Shown: positions 37,821 to 51,238 of the stretch, piece by piece
Numbering within the stretch: position 1 is the first letter of the stretch
How the letters are laid out: every line of letters begins with the position of its first letter
Origin: Styela clava
Taxonomy: Eukaryota
Length of the DNA: 64,000 nucleotides
NCBI RefSeq assembly: GCF_964204865.1
Contig: NC_135254.1
Location: forward strand, 10,540,001-10,604,000
Direction: 5' to 3'
The notes under the pieces: model-generated
Told to the model about the DNA's origin: nothing
What the model saw: only the letters and a program-made list of their open reading frames with translations
The model's database searches: none
Made by a program: the position numbers and the translations under genes

Positions 37821-40800
37821 TTAATTGATGTACGGATGTTCTTTTGTTGTGCTATTATTCATTTCTTCGTATTGATGATCTCCGTCTTTAATTTTCTCAT
37901 AATTATGCGGGATTTCATAATTTTCTTCTTTCTCTTCTCTTAACTCATTATTTCCGGAGTTCAGTTGTGATGTTTGAATTTCATCGAAGTTTTCATGATA
38001 ACTCGGGACGTCATTAACAACCCTATTCATCTCTGAAAGACGTTGTGGTTGAGTTGCGATTTTTTGAGAATTCCTCCTGTAAACAAAAATTAAGTTAGAA
38101 TTAATTAATAAGTAGGATTTTAAATAAGAAACATTGGATTTGTTTGCGGAATTGCTTCTACCATAGAGGAGTTAGAAAAAACAATCGACGAAAATGTTAG
38201 AGCCCAGTATTGCAGACATTGTCCCAGACATTGAGATTGCGCTTACAGCTGTACAAAGAGACACACCTTACTGATTCAATTTAAGAGTGAATACTCCAAA
38301 TTTTCGGTAAATATACACATTTTGTTGTAGTATCGAACATTTCTCACCTCATTATTTTGCATCTACAAATCAGCGAACCAATTCCAAATAAAATGATTGC
38401 AAGAATCAATGTGGCTATGGATGAGACAATTGCAACCAATAAATTGTCGTGGCCTGCAATATATTTCAACATATAGTAAAAAGAATCATAAACGTTAAAA
38501 ACAATTTTCAGCATTGAAGACAGGTTAAACATGAGAATCAGAAAGTCAGTGAGCATTTTATGGAACCACAAAATAGTAGTTTTAAAAACTCTTAATTTTG
38601 TGCATTTAAGATTAATGTCTCTTATAATTTGTAAGCTATATAATCTTACCACAAGAAGTCATTGTGGTAGTATTGATTGCACCAGTGGGAAAGAAAATGT
38701 TCATCTCCGTAGATTTTGTGTTATTTGCATTGGCAGACAATGTGGAAGTATGTGTCATGTCATTGAGAGTTGTAAATTTATGATAAATATTTGTTGTTGT
38801 CATTTCAGCAGGCGCCGCGGTGGACGTTGTATTACAGGCAGTGTCTCTTGAACAATTGATCGTCTGAAGAAAGTAATTGTGTTTAGCAATTTTTCGATAC
38901 AATATATGCACGATAATATTTGTATATTCCAACATTTATTTAAATCCGAAGTTTAATGGTTTAATGTTCTTCAAAAAGTTAAACAAATTTAAAAATGCTC
39001 ACAAAAATATTAATTCACACGCTTATGAAAAATAACGAAAGTGAATAATTTAGATAAATCACAACTTTTTAGGAGAATTTGTCAATAGCCAGGTCGGGCG
39101 CCCTGAATTAGAACTACTAGATATTTACTGTTACGACTGCGGCTTATACGCTATAAAATAGTAAAAACTATTCAAACAACATAGAATGATGATCCTTTTT
39201 CTTGTGAGCCCTTTAAAAAATTAGAAATTATCAACTTACTACAAAAAATGGCATTTTTTTTGTTTCTTACCTCAAAATTAGAACCAATGCAAATATTGGG
39301 CCCCGTTCTTCCCGAGTCAATGCATGTTCGATTGCGTACTTTCATCATTGAGCTGCAGTTACATGTACTCCACGATGACCAAGTTTCCCAGTAACTTCCT
39401 ACATAGTGTAAAGATAATCTTAATTCAGAATTACCGCGCGCATACTCTTTTCATCGATGTTGTTGATGATGCATATTCAAACTATATCATATTCTTAGTT
39501 TTCTGCTCATTCAAATTGTTGTTTTTTTACAGTCAATCAATAGTTTACTTATCACCAAAATGAACAGACACTTGAATCATACAAAAACTAGGAAAAAAAC
39601 ATGAGACATCGATGAAATGAAACACGCCATATCGGTGAGTAAAATAATTTACGAATTGTTAACGTATTCTTCTAATACTTGAAATAAAGTAAATATGAAG
39701 TGATGACGTGACATGTCAAACTGCTATATTTATTCAAAATAGCTTCAATGTAATCAAGGATTTGTTCAAAGGGTATTGTTTTAAAACAAGTTTTTTTGCC
39801 TGTTTCGATTAGAATGACTGTATTTTTTTACGTAGTAAATAGGTTTAAACATAAATAGGAAAAATTGCCAATTGCTTCTTATTCGTATACAAATATACAA
39901 ATATCGATGACTTGCTTATAAAGGCCTTCTCAAGCTGTAGTGCAATACGTCCGCAAACATGGTCGGCGGAGAAAGACGTAAACGATAAGCCATTACGTGA
40001 ACCTTTGTGTCGACAAGGATTCCAACATTCTTGCACATTGTCACATCACTCATGAGGCCAGGGGCGAATATACAATTGGGCAAGGTAGGCTAAAGCCTTG
40101 AGGCCTCTAACCTCGTGGGCCTTAACAATCAATTTTGAACTCATATTAATTTAAAATCGTTTTTGATTTGTGAAGGCTTGTTCCAGGATTATGTCACTTT
40201 AAAACTTTATAGTTATCATATTTGTTATTCAGGTTAATTTTTCCAAATATTTACCGAATAAAAGATTGAAAAGTTAAAATATGGCCGAATAAATGAATTT
40301 GTAATAATACATAAACTTGAAATCCCTATTATGGCGTTATATCCCATCGATGACAGTGAAACTTGAAGCAAACACTATAATAATCATTTATGCACTAATA
40401 ATTATTCAAGAGTAGTTAGTTTTGAACGGAATATTTATGATAGAATTCAGCTGTTCGGTTTTGAGCAGTTTTTTTTATCAAAAACTGAAATTTCTGCTGT
40501 CAGTAAATTTATAATATTGTGCGATCGCTGAAATGCCAAGTGCTACTGACATCATACATTATTTTGTTGGTGCAATAAGCAACAGCGAATACCTGTTGAT
40601 GCGATACTTTAAATTATTTAAATTAATGTTTTAAAGTTTATATAAACTATCGAGCAGTAAACATTGGCATGATTAAAATGAACTAAATTAAAGTTAATGG
40701 CATTAAAATACATAAATAGTTATTTGTATAAAGAAAAAAGGACATAATCTACAAATTAAGTAGACTTATTACAATAAAAGTTTGTTACCCATTAATCGTT

Positions 40801-41517
40801 GACAGACAAATCCAGTCGGTGCATTCGCATCGCATTCGACGTCATACCACGGTAGATTTGCATAATACGCGTTAAACCACCCCATAGCAACACAAGGTTC
40901 AGGTTTATCAACATGAGGTTCTCCTAAGTTCCAGTTATCGTAGGTTAGTTCTGAATTGTCCTTCCATTTGAAGGTATTGCTTGTGCCAACCTCCTTTAAT
41001 CCTATATAAAATCCATAGGGTTGTCCTGTAGACAATAAAATGCCTTAGAGAAAAAAAAAGTTTTGTCGTGTGTAATATTTGTTGTATGTAAACATGATTG
41101 GTTGGGACTGTTGGACATTATTGTAAACATGTACAAATATATGAACACTGACGATTCAAGAATTAAAACAAAAATTCGGGGGAAAACGTAAAATGTCCTA
41201 TATACCTGAAGTAGCTGAGACTTGATTCTGAATAAACGTTTGAATCTCGCTCGTTTTTATCATTGCCATCTCACCATCATTGTTTTTACAGAATTTTTCA
41301 CCATCAACATATGATTTTATATCATCTTTTCCAGATACGTAGTATTGGTAACTTCCAAATGCATTCCACTCACCTCTATCTGGTCGCAAAAATAAAGGGT
41401 TCAGGAATAAGCACATAATTTGAAGGACGTGAGGATATATAGTATATGCCAACCTGCGCTAACGACGGCAACCATCCAAGCAAATATTCCAACGAATATC
41501 AAAAGATTCTCCTTCAT
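37821..41517 (-). CDS. Receptor 3: SP-CTLD-TSP1-mucin-TM-short Tyr-motif tail (~392 aa)
   Basis: Exons 41517-41454, 41379-41206, 41025-40789 (EPH..WYD), 39398-39271 (WETWSSWSTCNC..RNRTC), 38863-38650, 38453-38348 (TM), 38076-37821 (YEIP, YEKI, YEEM, YIN*). Total 1179 nt, open. Confidence 0.87.
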
Positions 41518-43958
41518 TTCCGCGCTAATATCTAACATTTCTAACTTTCTTAGCCCATAACATTCTAATTTGAATCCAAAAATTGAAATAAAACAAGGTT
41601 GATATATACCAGATAGGGAAAACTAACGAGTAACGACATAAACTTTCCATGACAATACTAAAACATCAAAAGCTATGATTCGATTAGATAACACTACTAC
41701 AGATCTCCAAAGCAAATAATACACAATACATAATACTTTATGCAATACTTAGGAATGAATGATTTGATTGCCAACAATAGCATTAATTATAATTATTCGA
41801 AAACCTTCGATAATATTTTTAAGTACACTGCAACTAAGAATCATATTTCAAGCCGCATTACTTTCATTATCAGAAGAGTAATGCAGATAAGACCCTAATT
41901 CGACTTGCCGGGATGAAATCATAAGCAATATGATCTGACAGTTCTTACCTTACAATAACTAAGTCTAATATGAGTAATGAAGTTAATAAAGGTAATATTT
42001 TTATAGAATACACAATGAAACTTCCTATTACGAGTGGGATGTTTCAATAACCTTTTAGTCACAACATTTTTGAAATTACAGCAAAGAGATGATTAATGAC
42101 GAATATGCTTCAGAAGAAATACCTATTACAAGACTGATTAGCATTGTTATGCGGTATTCTCTAGTTACTTATGTTTATGTCATGTATAAAGCAATCCTTA
42201 TTCATACAGAAACATAGCGGTATTTAAAAAAATAAATCACTCAGATATCAAAATTTAACAATTAGAACGGGAGAGGATTGACCTATTTAGTTGAGATTTG
42301 AACGCAACAATTGTTTCTTTTCTAAAAATAAATATATGTATCATATTTTAATATGTGAGTTGTTTCTAATATTGGACGAGTTTTTCAGTATGAAATCCTT
42401 GATTCTGGTTTCACCAATCAACTCAAATTATTTGCTTATGTTGAAAATGATATTTCGATCATATTCATATTTGTAGTATAATAAACAATAACTATAATAA
42501 AGTAAATAATATTTATTTCACTACTGACACATGAATAACAGACGGAAAGAATGAATGAATTGTATTGTTTGCTACATTGATTGGCTCATTGGTTGCGTTC
42601 CCGTTTTGGCTTCTACTGCAGAAGCCATACGATAACCATTACTATGGTCTTCTTACTAAGGAAATGCATGTCGAGAAAACAACAACGGAGAATATGACTA
42701 ATCTAAGCAGAACGAAGTTGGAAATTACATAAACAACAACTATTAGAATAATACATGAATATCATGACAACTTTATAAGCAAAGCCAAGTAAAGCGATGA
42801 ATATTGTGGGCTATACTAGAGTTTTAACCTAATAAAAGTATAATAATCTCTTGTGACTGAATGCTGTTGTATCGTAAATGACAGAAGGATTTTTGAACCA
42901 TTATTCAAAATACATTATTCGATATTTGTAGAAAAACTGTTCATTCATAAAATAATAAATCCATGAGTTCAAATCATTTGCGTTTTGTGGAACAAAAAAA
43001 AATAATCATAAAATTAAAAAATTTGTGTTGGAATAAATGAACGATTGTTGTTAAATGAGATGAATTCAGGTTTTAAGTTACACAAAAAAAAAATTAAATT
43101 ATATGTAACAACATGATTTCCCGAATATCATTCTTTCTCTTAAGGGGTGTAATTAGACACTTTTATTTTCCATTGCAGAAATTAGTGTAACATTACAATG
43201 ATGACTTGTGCAGCAAACACTATTTTCTGCGAGCAGATGTGTGAGCTACATATTTAGTGACGACTTGTGTTTATTTGGTATGTGTATGTGATTCGTCCAA
43301 TTTTTTTAGAATGTGAGCAAGTTTTGGGCAAAGTTGAACGAAATTTGATTCAAAATTTACGATTGTATATTGTAAACTGTATTTTAGAGATACACTAAAA
43401 TAACAGTTTAACGTTTTGGCGTTTGCGAAAATGATTCACTGGAATAATTAGTCATAAAAAACGAACCTTGATGATCCCCTCGCATTTAATTGATCATAGT
43501 ATAGTTAAATCTGTATTCAATTTGCATTTGTTCGTCTATCATTGCATCTTAGCCACCTGTGCTGTATATTTGGAAGGTATGAGCATTTCGCTCTGTGACT
43601 AAATATCCCCAATCGAAATTAGTATAGCGATACTAAGCAGTGATATGTAAATGGGGCATTGGCGTATGTATCAAGCGCACGTATTTAACTTATCTATTAC
43701 ATATGCCTGAAATTATACATATTTTAAATTTCAATAAAATATGAATAAATTAATATACTAGTGGCAGAAGTAACTGAATGTCAAGTATTTATCAATTCTT
43801 TGGAACAAGTTTATTTAAAATGTTTTGGTATTTTTATTATTCATTTTGTTCAACAGAGCGTTTAATGTTTATCAGAGCTAATCATTTTTACTGCTAGTTA
43901 CATCCGCAAAGCATTACAATCTATATTTGATTTTTGTCAGTTTATATGATTCAGAAGA
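41518..43958. promoter_or_regulatory. Divergent promoter spacer, unit 3
   Basis: Homologous spacer between head-to-head ATGs. Confidence 0.55.
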
Positions 43959-46900
43959 ATGAGAAGCGAATTAATATTTTTGTTGGTTCTTCCTCAATAT
44001 CCGAGGCATCTAAACGCAGCAGGTATTATTTCATTGTTATGACTGTTTTTAGAAAATTTACTGAAAACAAGGTTACTCATACAGGTATAAGGGAGATTGA
44101 TCTGATCAAAGATTTTGAGATTATAAGAGATTAAAGGATAGAATTGAGCGTTGGTAAATACCGATCGGCACTAAGCTTAAAAGCAATTTTAATATCAATA
44201 CAATAAATAAAAGATGTGTGAGGTATTGAATTTCATATACATGGAGTTTTTGGACGGAACTGAGGAATTATAGGTACACTAACAGTAAACCGATGAGAGC
44301 TCACAGTCAATCGTATTTAAAGGCTGAAAACTTTTTAGGGGGACAATATTCACATTTTTGAACATTTGGTAAGCGGTAACAACCGTTGCCTGACAATATG
44401 AAATGGTAAAATTTGTTTAGATAATATAGGATTACATTACGTTATGTTTCAATTATTAATTTATTTTGCCAGAATGTCGGGAAACGCCCATGGATCTTGT
44501 ATTTATGCTGGATGGATCGGGTTCTATCACAAATGTGAATTGGGAGCTTATGAAGTCATGGGTCAAGTTGGTAGCAGAAAATTATGACTTGGGCGGATTA
44601 ACACAGATTGGTGTCGTTCAGTTCTCACACTGGTTTTCAAATGAGAAGTAAGCTATAGAAAGAGATTTCATTTTATTTAATTAGATTTTAAGTCGCATTT
44701 ATAAATAATTTATTTAAATTATTTAAAAGCAGCTGCTCTATTAGTCAAGATCAAATTGCCTAGAAACAGCTTCCATGATATGTATTTGGCTTAACTTTGT
44801 GGCGAAGAATGATTCTTTCTTAAGCGTCAAATGAGATCATCATGATCATAATAGTTCAAAAATTATGTCAACAGTGTTTTAGCTATGTTTTATATTTTAG
44901 TGCTTAATTAAAAATTAACAAGGAATTAGTTTTGATCGTTTTCCACTTTGTTCCACTTCGCTGCGAGTGTTTTTACGAATTTTATCTGGGTACAGTAAGA
45001 CTAAGAAACATTCTTCTAAAATCATTTTCAGCGTTTGTTTGTATTTTCAAATTCATTGTTATTCAATAAAAAAAATTCGGTAAAATAATTTTCATTTTCT
45101 TTTCATAGCACACAGCCATATTTAAAAACTGAAATTCAGCTAGGAAAACTGAAGACCAAAGCCCAATTGAAGGTAAAATATTCATCAAGGGTTGAGCAGT
45201 CGAGACTGGTACCGTCACGGTAAGATCAGACCACAGTTCGTGCTCATAAGGTATCGAACATGGCGGAATAAAAAGTATTCCTCTCTAATTTAAATACAAT
45301 AGTAAACTTTCGAGATAATCATTTGGTTCTATAATTTTTAAAAAAAATTCCATTCGTAACAACAACAAAAAACAAAACCCAGAATTTAGCATATTTTAGA
45401 TTCACATGCACAATAAACGCAGTTGCAAAACAAAGCTAGTGAGATAGTGTGGGGTCACGTTCTATGCGAAAAAGAACTAAAGTAATATTTGTCGTATGAA
45501 TTGTCTTATTAAACGATTTGTTCACAAAATTGTGATACCTTCAGAATTCAAAATGCAATTAGCTTTAAATTATTAACTGAGTATTCATTAGGCCGCTGTT
45601 GACGAAATATTAATTCATGGATTCACAACTTACACTGCACATGCTATCAACAAAACAGTTAACGAAGATTTCATGAGATCTGATCGTTTCTATGATGCTT
45701 CAGTGAAGAAAGTCATTATTTTATTTACAGATGGAAGGTAATAACTTATGTGTACAATGTCTGAATACACGTAAAATGCACCTTTGCATCGTATCGTTAA
45801 CTGTTGTTAATGTTTTTGTTATTATTGTTAATGTTCACGGTTCATGTAATGGTAGTTAGCAGAGTTCTTTTGATATATCCGTATATTTAGCCCCTTTGTT
45901 TTTCAACTTGGGTTTCTGCGCGATATATATTATTTTTATACCATCAAGATATTAGTTGTTGAAAATCTATATAAATGTTATTTCAAAGCTGATTACTCAG
46001 AATTGCTACTTTATTATTTACCAAATTATTCTAATCTTAGACATCCAAAAATTAAGAAGTAGTATAAAACCGTTTTTGTTTTGCTCGATTTATTGAAGGT
46101 ATGTAGATTATATGTATGTAGATTGTAGATGGTTATAGATAATTTTTTAAATCTTTTGAAGATCTACCGACAGAAATGATTTGCTTTTGTCAGCAAAATA
46201 TGCTCGGTCAAATGGGATTACTATATTTGCAGTTGGTGCTAGAGGTTATGTAATGGAGGATTTACAGGTAATCTGAAAAGTTGTAACAAATTGAAATAAG
46301 AGAAATTTTATGTTTCAATATATTATAGCTTTTCTATCTTTTGTCTAATCATTATATTTCTGTGTATTAAAGAATGTTCATCAACAAGACTGAGAAAGTA
46401 TAACCAAATTAGTTATCAGGATAAAACTCTTTTTGACTGATATTGATAAGTAACAATGTAGGCTACTGTACTTGTTTAAATGTACTTTCTATTTGGGCAT
46501 CTGGAGTGAGACCAGCTTCCAGCTTCTCTGTTTCTTATATCTGGGATTGGCAAAAAATATTTCATTCAAATAATATTTTTCTATTAAATAATTAGGCATG
46601 TTGAACGGAGAAATGACGTATCGCGGGAGCTCGAGCTGATATGCGACTGGCGACGTTCCATTTAAGATCAAATATTAAGTGCCCAAGACCAAGCATGTGA
46701 AAATATTTAGACATAATACATTTATTACTGCTCTGCGTTGGGAATTTTAATCGCTGTAGCCCCAGTGGTGATGACATTTATGGCTGCGAGCCATCGCACA
46801 CTTGATTTGGATTTGTTCGCAATTACTGGATGGTGTGCGATATAGTAACTGAGAAAACACGCGAACCTATAAGCCAATAAAGTCAACAAATACGCATTAT

Positions 46901-49269
46901 GCACATGCACGTGATTTGCATTTAAATCAAGTCGGTAGACGCCCAGGATCTCCGTTGATACATGAGGCCCTGTTCTCCAGCAAAACGTTAAGCCACGCAT
47001 GCAAAATTGCAGATCAATAACGGCAGTGTATTGCGGAACTGCCAGTTTATTTGGACGAGCTTGTGCGATTGTCTGTGGCTAATTGTCAAAACATGTTCCC
47101 TTGAATTCCTAACTTTCAAAGTTTCCCCAGTTGTGGAATATCGAAATTAGTTTACGAGAAAATCTCCTGCAGCAACATCCAACAAATCGATACATCCATA
47201 CGTTTGATATCAGAGCATTTTGTTTCCTTATTGCAAACCATAATACACTGCATTTGATGAATGATCTCGTTTGCAATGAATTTTCCTTTAGGAATATTTA
47301 CTATAGTGACGTTATGATTCGAGTCTTTTGCCACCATTCACGTTTTGCCTGTGCTTGAACTTAAACAGAGCTAGGATTGTGGGCATGGACGTGTCAAACT
47401 TTACTGCTGTCCAGTATGAGGTTATGATAATGATGCCCCCAACTTCAAAAATAATTCGAGGGATAAACAAATTAAAGCTGTTGCTGTACATGAGAATGAA
47501 TAAATTAAAGGTCACGTATGAGGGGAATGTTTGTAAAATTGTGATAAATCACTTAATGACCAGACGAGCAAAAGGGCGGTCATCCATTGCTGATTCATCA
47601 CAATCAGTCACACAAATCTATACACGTCATGTCATCTTTTACTTGAATAAAACACATAGAGAAAAATGTGTGATATCGCGAACTCTACAGCTTGGATTTG
47701 CTGCCCGCTCATCCGCTGGCCCGCCCCAGAGTGAGGATGAAATTCACTTAGTCTAAGTTGAATTAAATGTTTCAAGCATGGTCTCTACTGGCACAATAAA
47801 CCACTTCTCAAATATCTCGATACCTGTATCTTAGAAAACATATTTGAGCTATGTTCAGCTATAGATCATAGTTGAATTATACCCGAGGAAATTTGAACTC
47901 GACCTCGGCAAAAACAACTATGTGTTGGCATGTAATAAGACTCCAACATCCTGTTAATTTTATTTCTTAATTTGGCATTCACTGGTATGATTGTCTCCAT
48001 TACAATTTTAATATTCTATTTATGTCTTTGTGTTCACATTTAACGACATAGTTGAATTGGTATCATATGAGAAAGTATCAAATAAAACGGTAACAAAATT
48101 TTTTTTTAGTAACAATCAAGACCTAACCTTTTATTGCTTGGCTACATCGGATGTTTAAACCGAAATTGGGACAATCGTAAAATGCCCACAAGTAAAACTC
48201 CACTGGCGAATAAATTTCATATACTTTGACATAAACTTTTATTTACAGATTATTGCAAATGGCCAAATCAATAACAATGAACGAGTGATTACAGTTTCAA
48301 ATTTTACTAGGCTGAATACTACGGTAGACATTTTAAAGCAAGGTATATGTGCTATCCAAGGTAATGTTGATATTAATAGTTAGTTTTTATTGAGGCTGCT
48401 ACGACATGTTAGTAGCATATAATTTCGAACTACGTTTTCAAAATATTCTTTGCGCCCGAATCTGATATTGAGCCAAGACACTATAATAATTAAATGTTCC
48501 ACATTTCAACATCATAAGCTGAAATGATACTTGATGGTTTTTTGTTTAAATCATTGGATTATAAGATGAGAGGCTTTTTGCAGGCTACCACAACATAATC
48601 AACGATTGAAATTTATTTTCTCGTTTTCGAAAAGCATTTCGTTCAATGCGCAGAGCTAATAATAACTCATTTCCTACAGATTTTATAGCATATAATATAG
48701 AAATTAACATTCACCACAAGGTATAACTGCTGAAATGTTCAAATTAATAAGGGAATTATATAAAATTCAAAAAAATATTTACATTCGTTTATAGTTCCCT
48801 TCATAGTGTCTCGCTACACTTGCACAACTTCATCGTTAGAAGTTCAATGGGAAACAACTACATTTAAGTCGGTCTTCTCATACAGACTTCAAATTCAGGT
48901 TACATTTATAAATAGAATAAAAATCATTACATTGGTCTAAACACTTTTACTGTGCGCTAAAACTTGCCATTTTATGCTAAATATCACATTTATGTATTTA
49001 ACTTATAGGATCTCAAGACCAAAGAAATCAAGAAGACAAGCGTTCAATTACTCAGGAAAAAGGAACCAACAATAAAAATTCACGAAGAAAACACATCTTG
49101 GAAGTTTGCTTGCGTCACTACGACAAATTTGTATATTTCAAGCAACTACGAAATCGTTGTTGAGCAAATATCGGCAAAAACAAACAATCAAATAAAAACC
49201 ATATCCAAAGTTCTTCACAATGCAAATGGGAAGACTATTATGCGGTTAACGTTTCTTGACTTTGTCTAG
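43959..49269 (+). CDS. Secreted VWA + FN3-like protein, copy 3 (343 aa)
   Basis: Exons 43959-44022, 44473-44647, 45109-45172, 45592-45737, 46162-46267, 48249-48360, 48795-48898, 49009-49269, all open. Carries an L>P change in the signal peptide and AVGAG>AVGAR. Confidence 0.85.
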
Positions 49270-51238
49270 CTTATATTCGGGATGTCAGACTTTTCAAAAG
49301 AAGATATTTTTTACACATACCAACTTAAAACACATGTAAATCTATATATGTGTGCGTATATTTTTCATTCAGTTCAAATAAACATATTAGGACAATCCAT
49401 CTATTATATGCTAATAGCCACCACCACATTCAGAGTGTAATAAACTGGGTTAGGAATGCGGAACCGGAAGTATTCTGGTCCACCAAGCTCTGTTCTTTAT
49501 TTATTATTTCTACTTCCCATGGTTTCTTATTTGGGGTGAAATTGTGAAGAACATTTCATAAAAATAATGCCAACTGATTACAGCTCCAAATTTGATTGGA
49601 ATCCTGATTCAAATTGATATTACATTCAATTATTCAGGCTGTACTTGGGCATTTGATGATGGCAAGGAAAGTCAACACTGCTTGACAATACAATCAAACT
49701 CAGTTCAGGTGAAAAAACTGAATGTTCTCTTCTTCATTCAGATTCCAGTTTTGTCAAATAAATTATCACCATTTAATGTAAATAGATTGAAATCATGTTT
49801 TTGAATTTATAAGGAAAATTTATAGATTATTGTAATATTATTCGAGGAAGCTTTCGAGGTCAATTTGCTTTGATTCATTTTAATGAAATATTTACTATGT
49901 ACGCCTTTTACACTTATATTAGTAAATTAAAAAAAAATGAATGTAATAAATTTTGATCGTATTTAGTGATAATATTTACTGCCTTGGAGAAATTACCATT
50001 ATTTAAATGTTTAGTACAAGATTATATTATTTAGTTTATACTACTGTCAAATAACTTATTCTCGAACGTAAAGCCAGTCAGCTAACTAAAGAAAAACATT
50101 CGAGCACTATGTTTTTACGTTGTTACATATGGTTGTTCTCTATTGGTACGAGACTAAATCATTTAGTTTATACTTTGCAGAACAACTTATTGCCCAAAGT
50201 AAGGACAGTCAGCTAACTAAAGAAAATCATTCGAACATGTATGTTTTTACGTGGTGACGTATGTTTTACGTCACAACTCACAGATACCGCAATCAATGTT
50301 ATGCTACGGTTCACATCATGAGAAAGCGTTTACCAAGATTTTATATGTGATACTTGTTTAATTTGGAAAGATCTAGTCTAGGTCATAATTGAACAAATAC
50401 ATTCAATTCGAGTTATTAATTTAAGATTATATCGTTACAAACATTATTTATATATAATCTGTTTGACTTATATTCATAGTTTTGTACAAAACAAAAACAA
50501 TAATGGACCATACAAGTATGTTCTGAATTATGTTATATTTTAAAGTTTCTATAACGAACACTTGAACGAGTGTGAACTTATCACTTAGTCCTATAGCATT
50601 ATAAAATAAGACGATTCCACCAAGCTTCAAATTATTGAATACCAATTATTGTAAGAAAAATGTCAGTGGCACCTACAAACAAAAAAGAAACACACTTAAA
50701 AAAATATGTTACTAATTTAGAAGGAAACAGGATGGATGCTATCAGGGTAAAGCTTTCAACAAAATATGACTTGAGATTAACAATATTTGTTGAAAACACT
50801 TCAGAGTTAGACAATAGTGCTTGTGTACTTGCTTTCATTTATGGTAGGAAATAGAAAACCAAGGAATATTACAATACATCCATAATACAATACATCAACT
50901 TCATTTATATTACGGGATTCTTAAAAAAGTGGCAAATGTATTGCAAAGAAACCATTACCAGCCTAGATCATTTTATGCCAGTTATACGAATCCAGATCCA
51001 CAGTTGCCTTTATAATGAAAGATCCAAATTTTACATCTCCGATATGCAATGTTATTTTTGTTTGAATAAGTATCAGCTAATACAAGCGCAGAAGTTCAAG
51101 AACAAGTAGTAATGGTTAAAATTACAATGTTTGTATGCGTTTCAGAATGTATAACAAGATTCACGACTAAACAGGAGTGGCAATGGATGATTGCTATTTA
51201 AAATCAACATGTCAAGAATCATATTCATTTTTAGGCAT

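Larger units (their letters stand above)
35850..42200. repeat. Recent segmental duplicate; near-identical partner at ~49270-55600 (offset ~13.42 kb)
   Basis: Introns and intergenic DNA are almost identical. Homologous positions are 37821/51239 and 41517/54940. Confidence 0.9.

Noticed and set aside
38531-38851. Cys-rich plus-strand ORF (also 51948-52268, 22000-22188)
   Set aside because: Antisense shadow of the Thr-rich mucin exon (ACA codons read as TGT).
40058-40130. caggggcg.. possible hAT MITE start in intron 3 of receptors 3 and 4
   Set aside because: No matching right TIR or target duplication found.
47328-47756. 142-aa plus-strand ORF inside a VWA intron
   Set aside because: Frame not preserved in the other three copies and no domain similarity.
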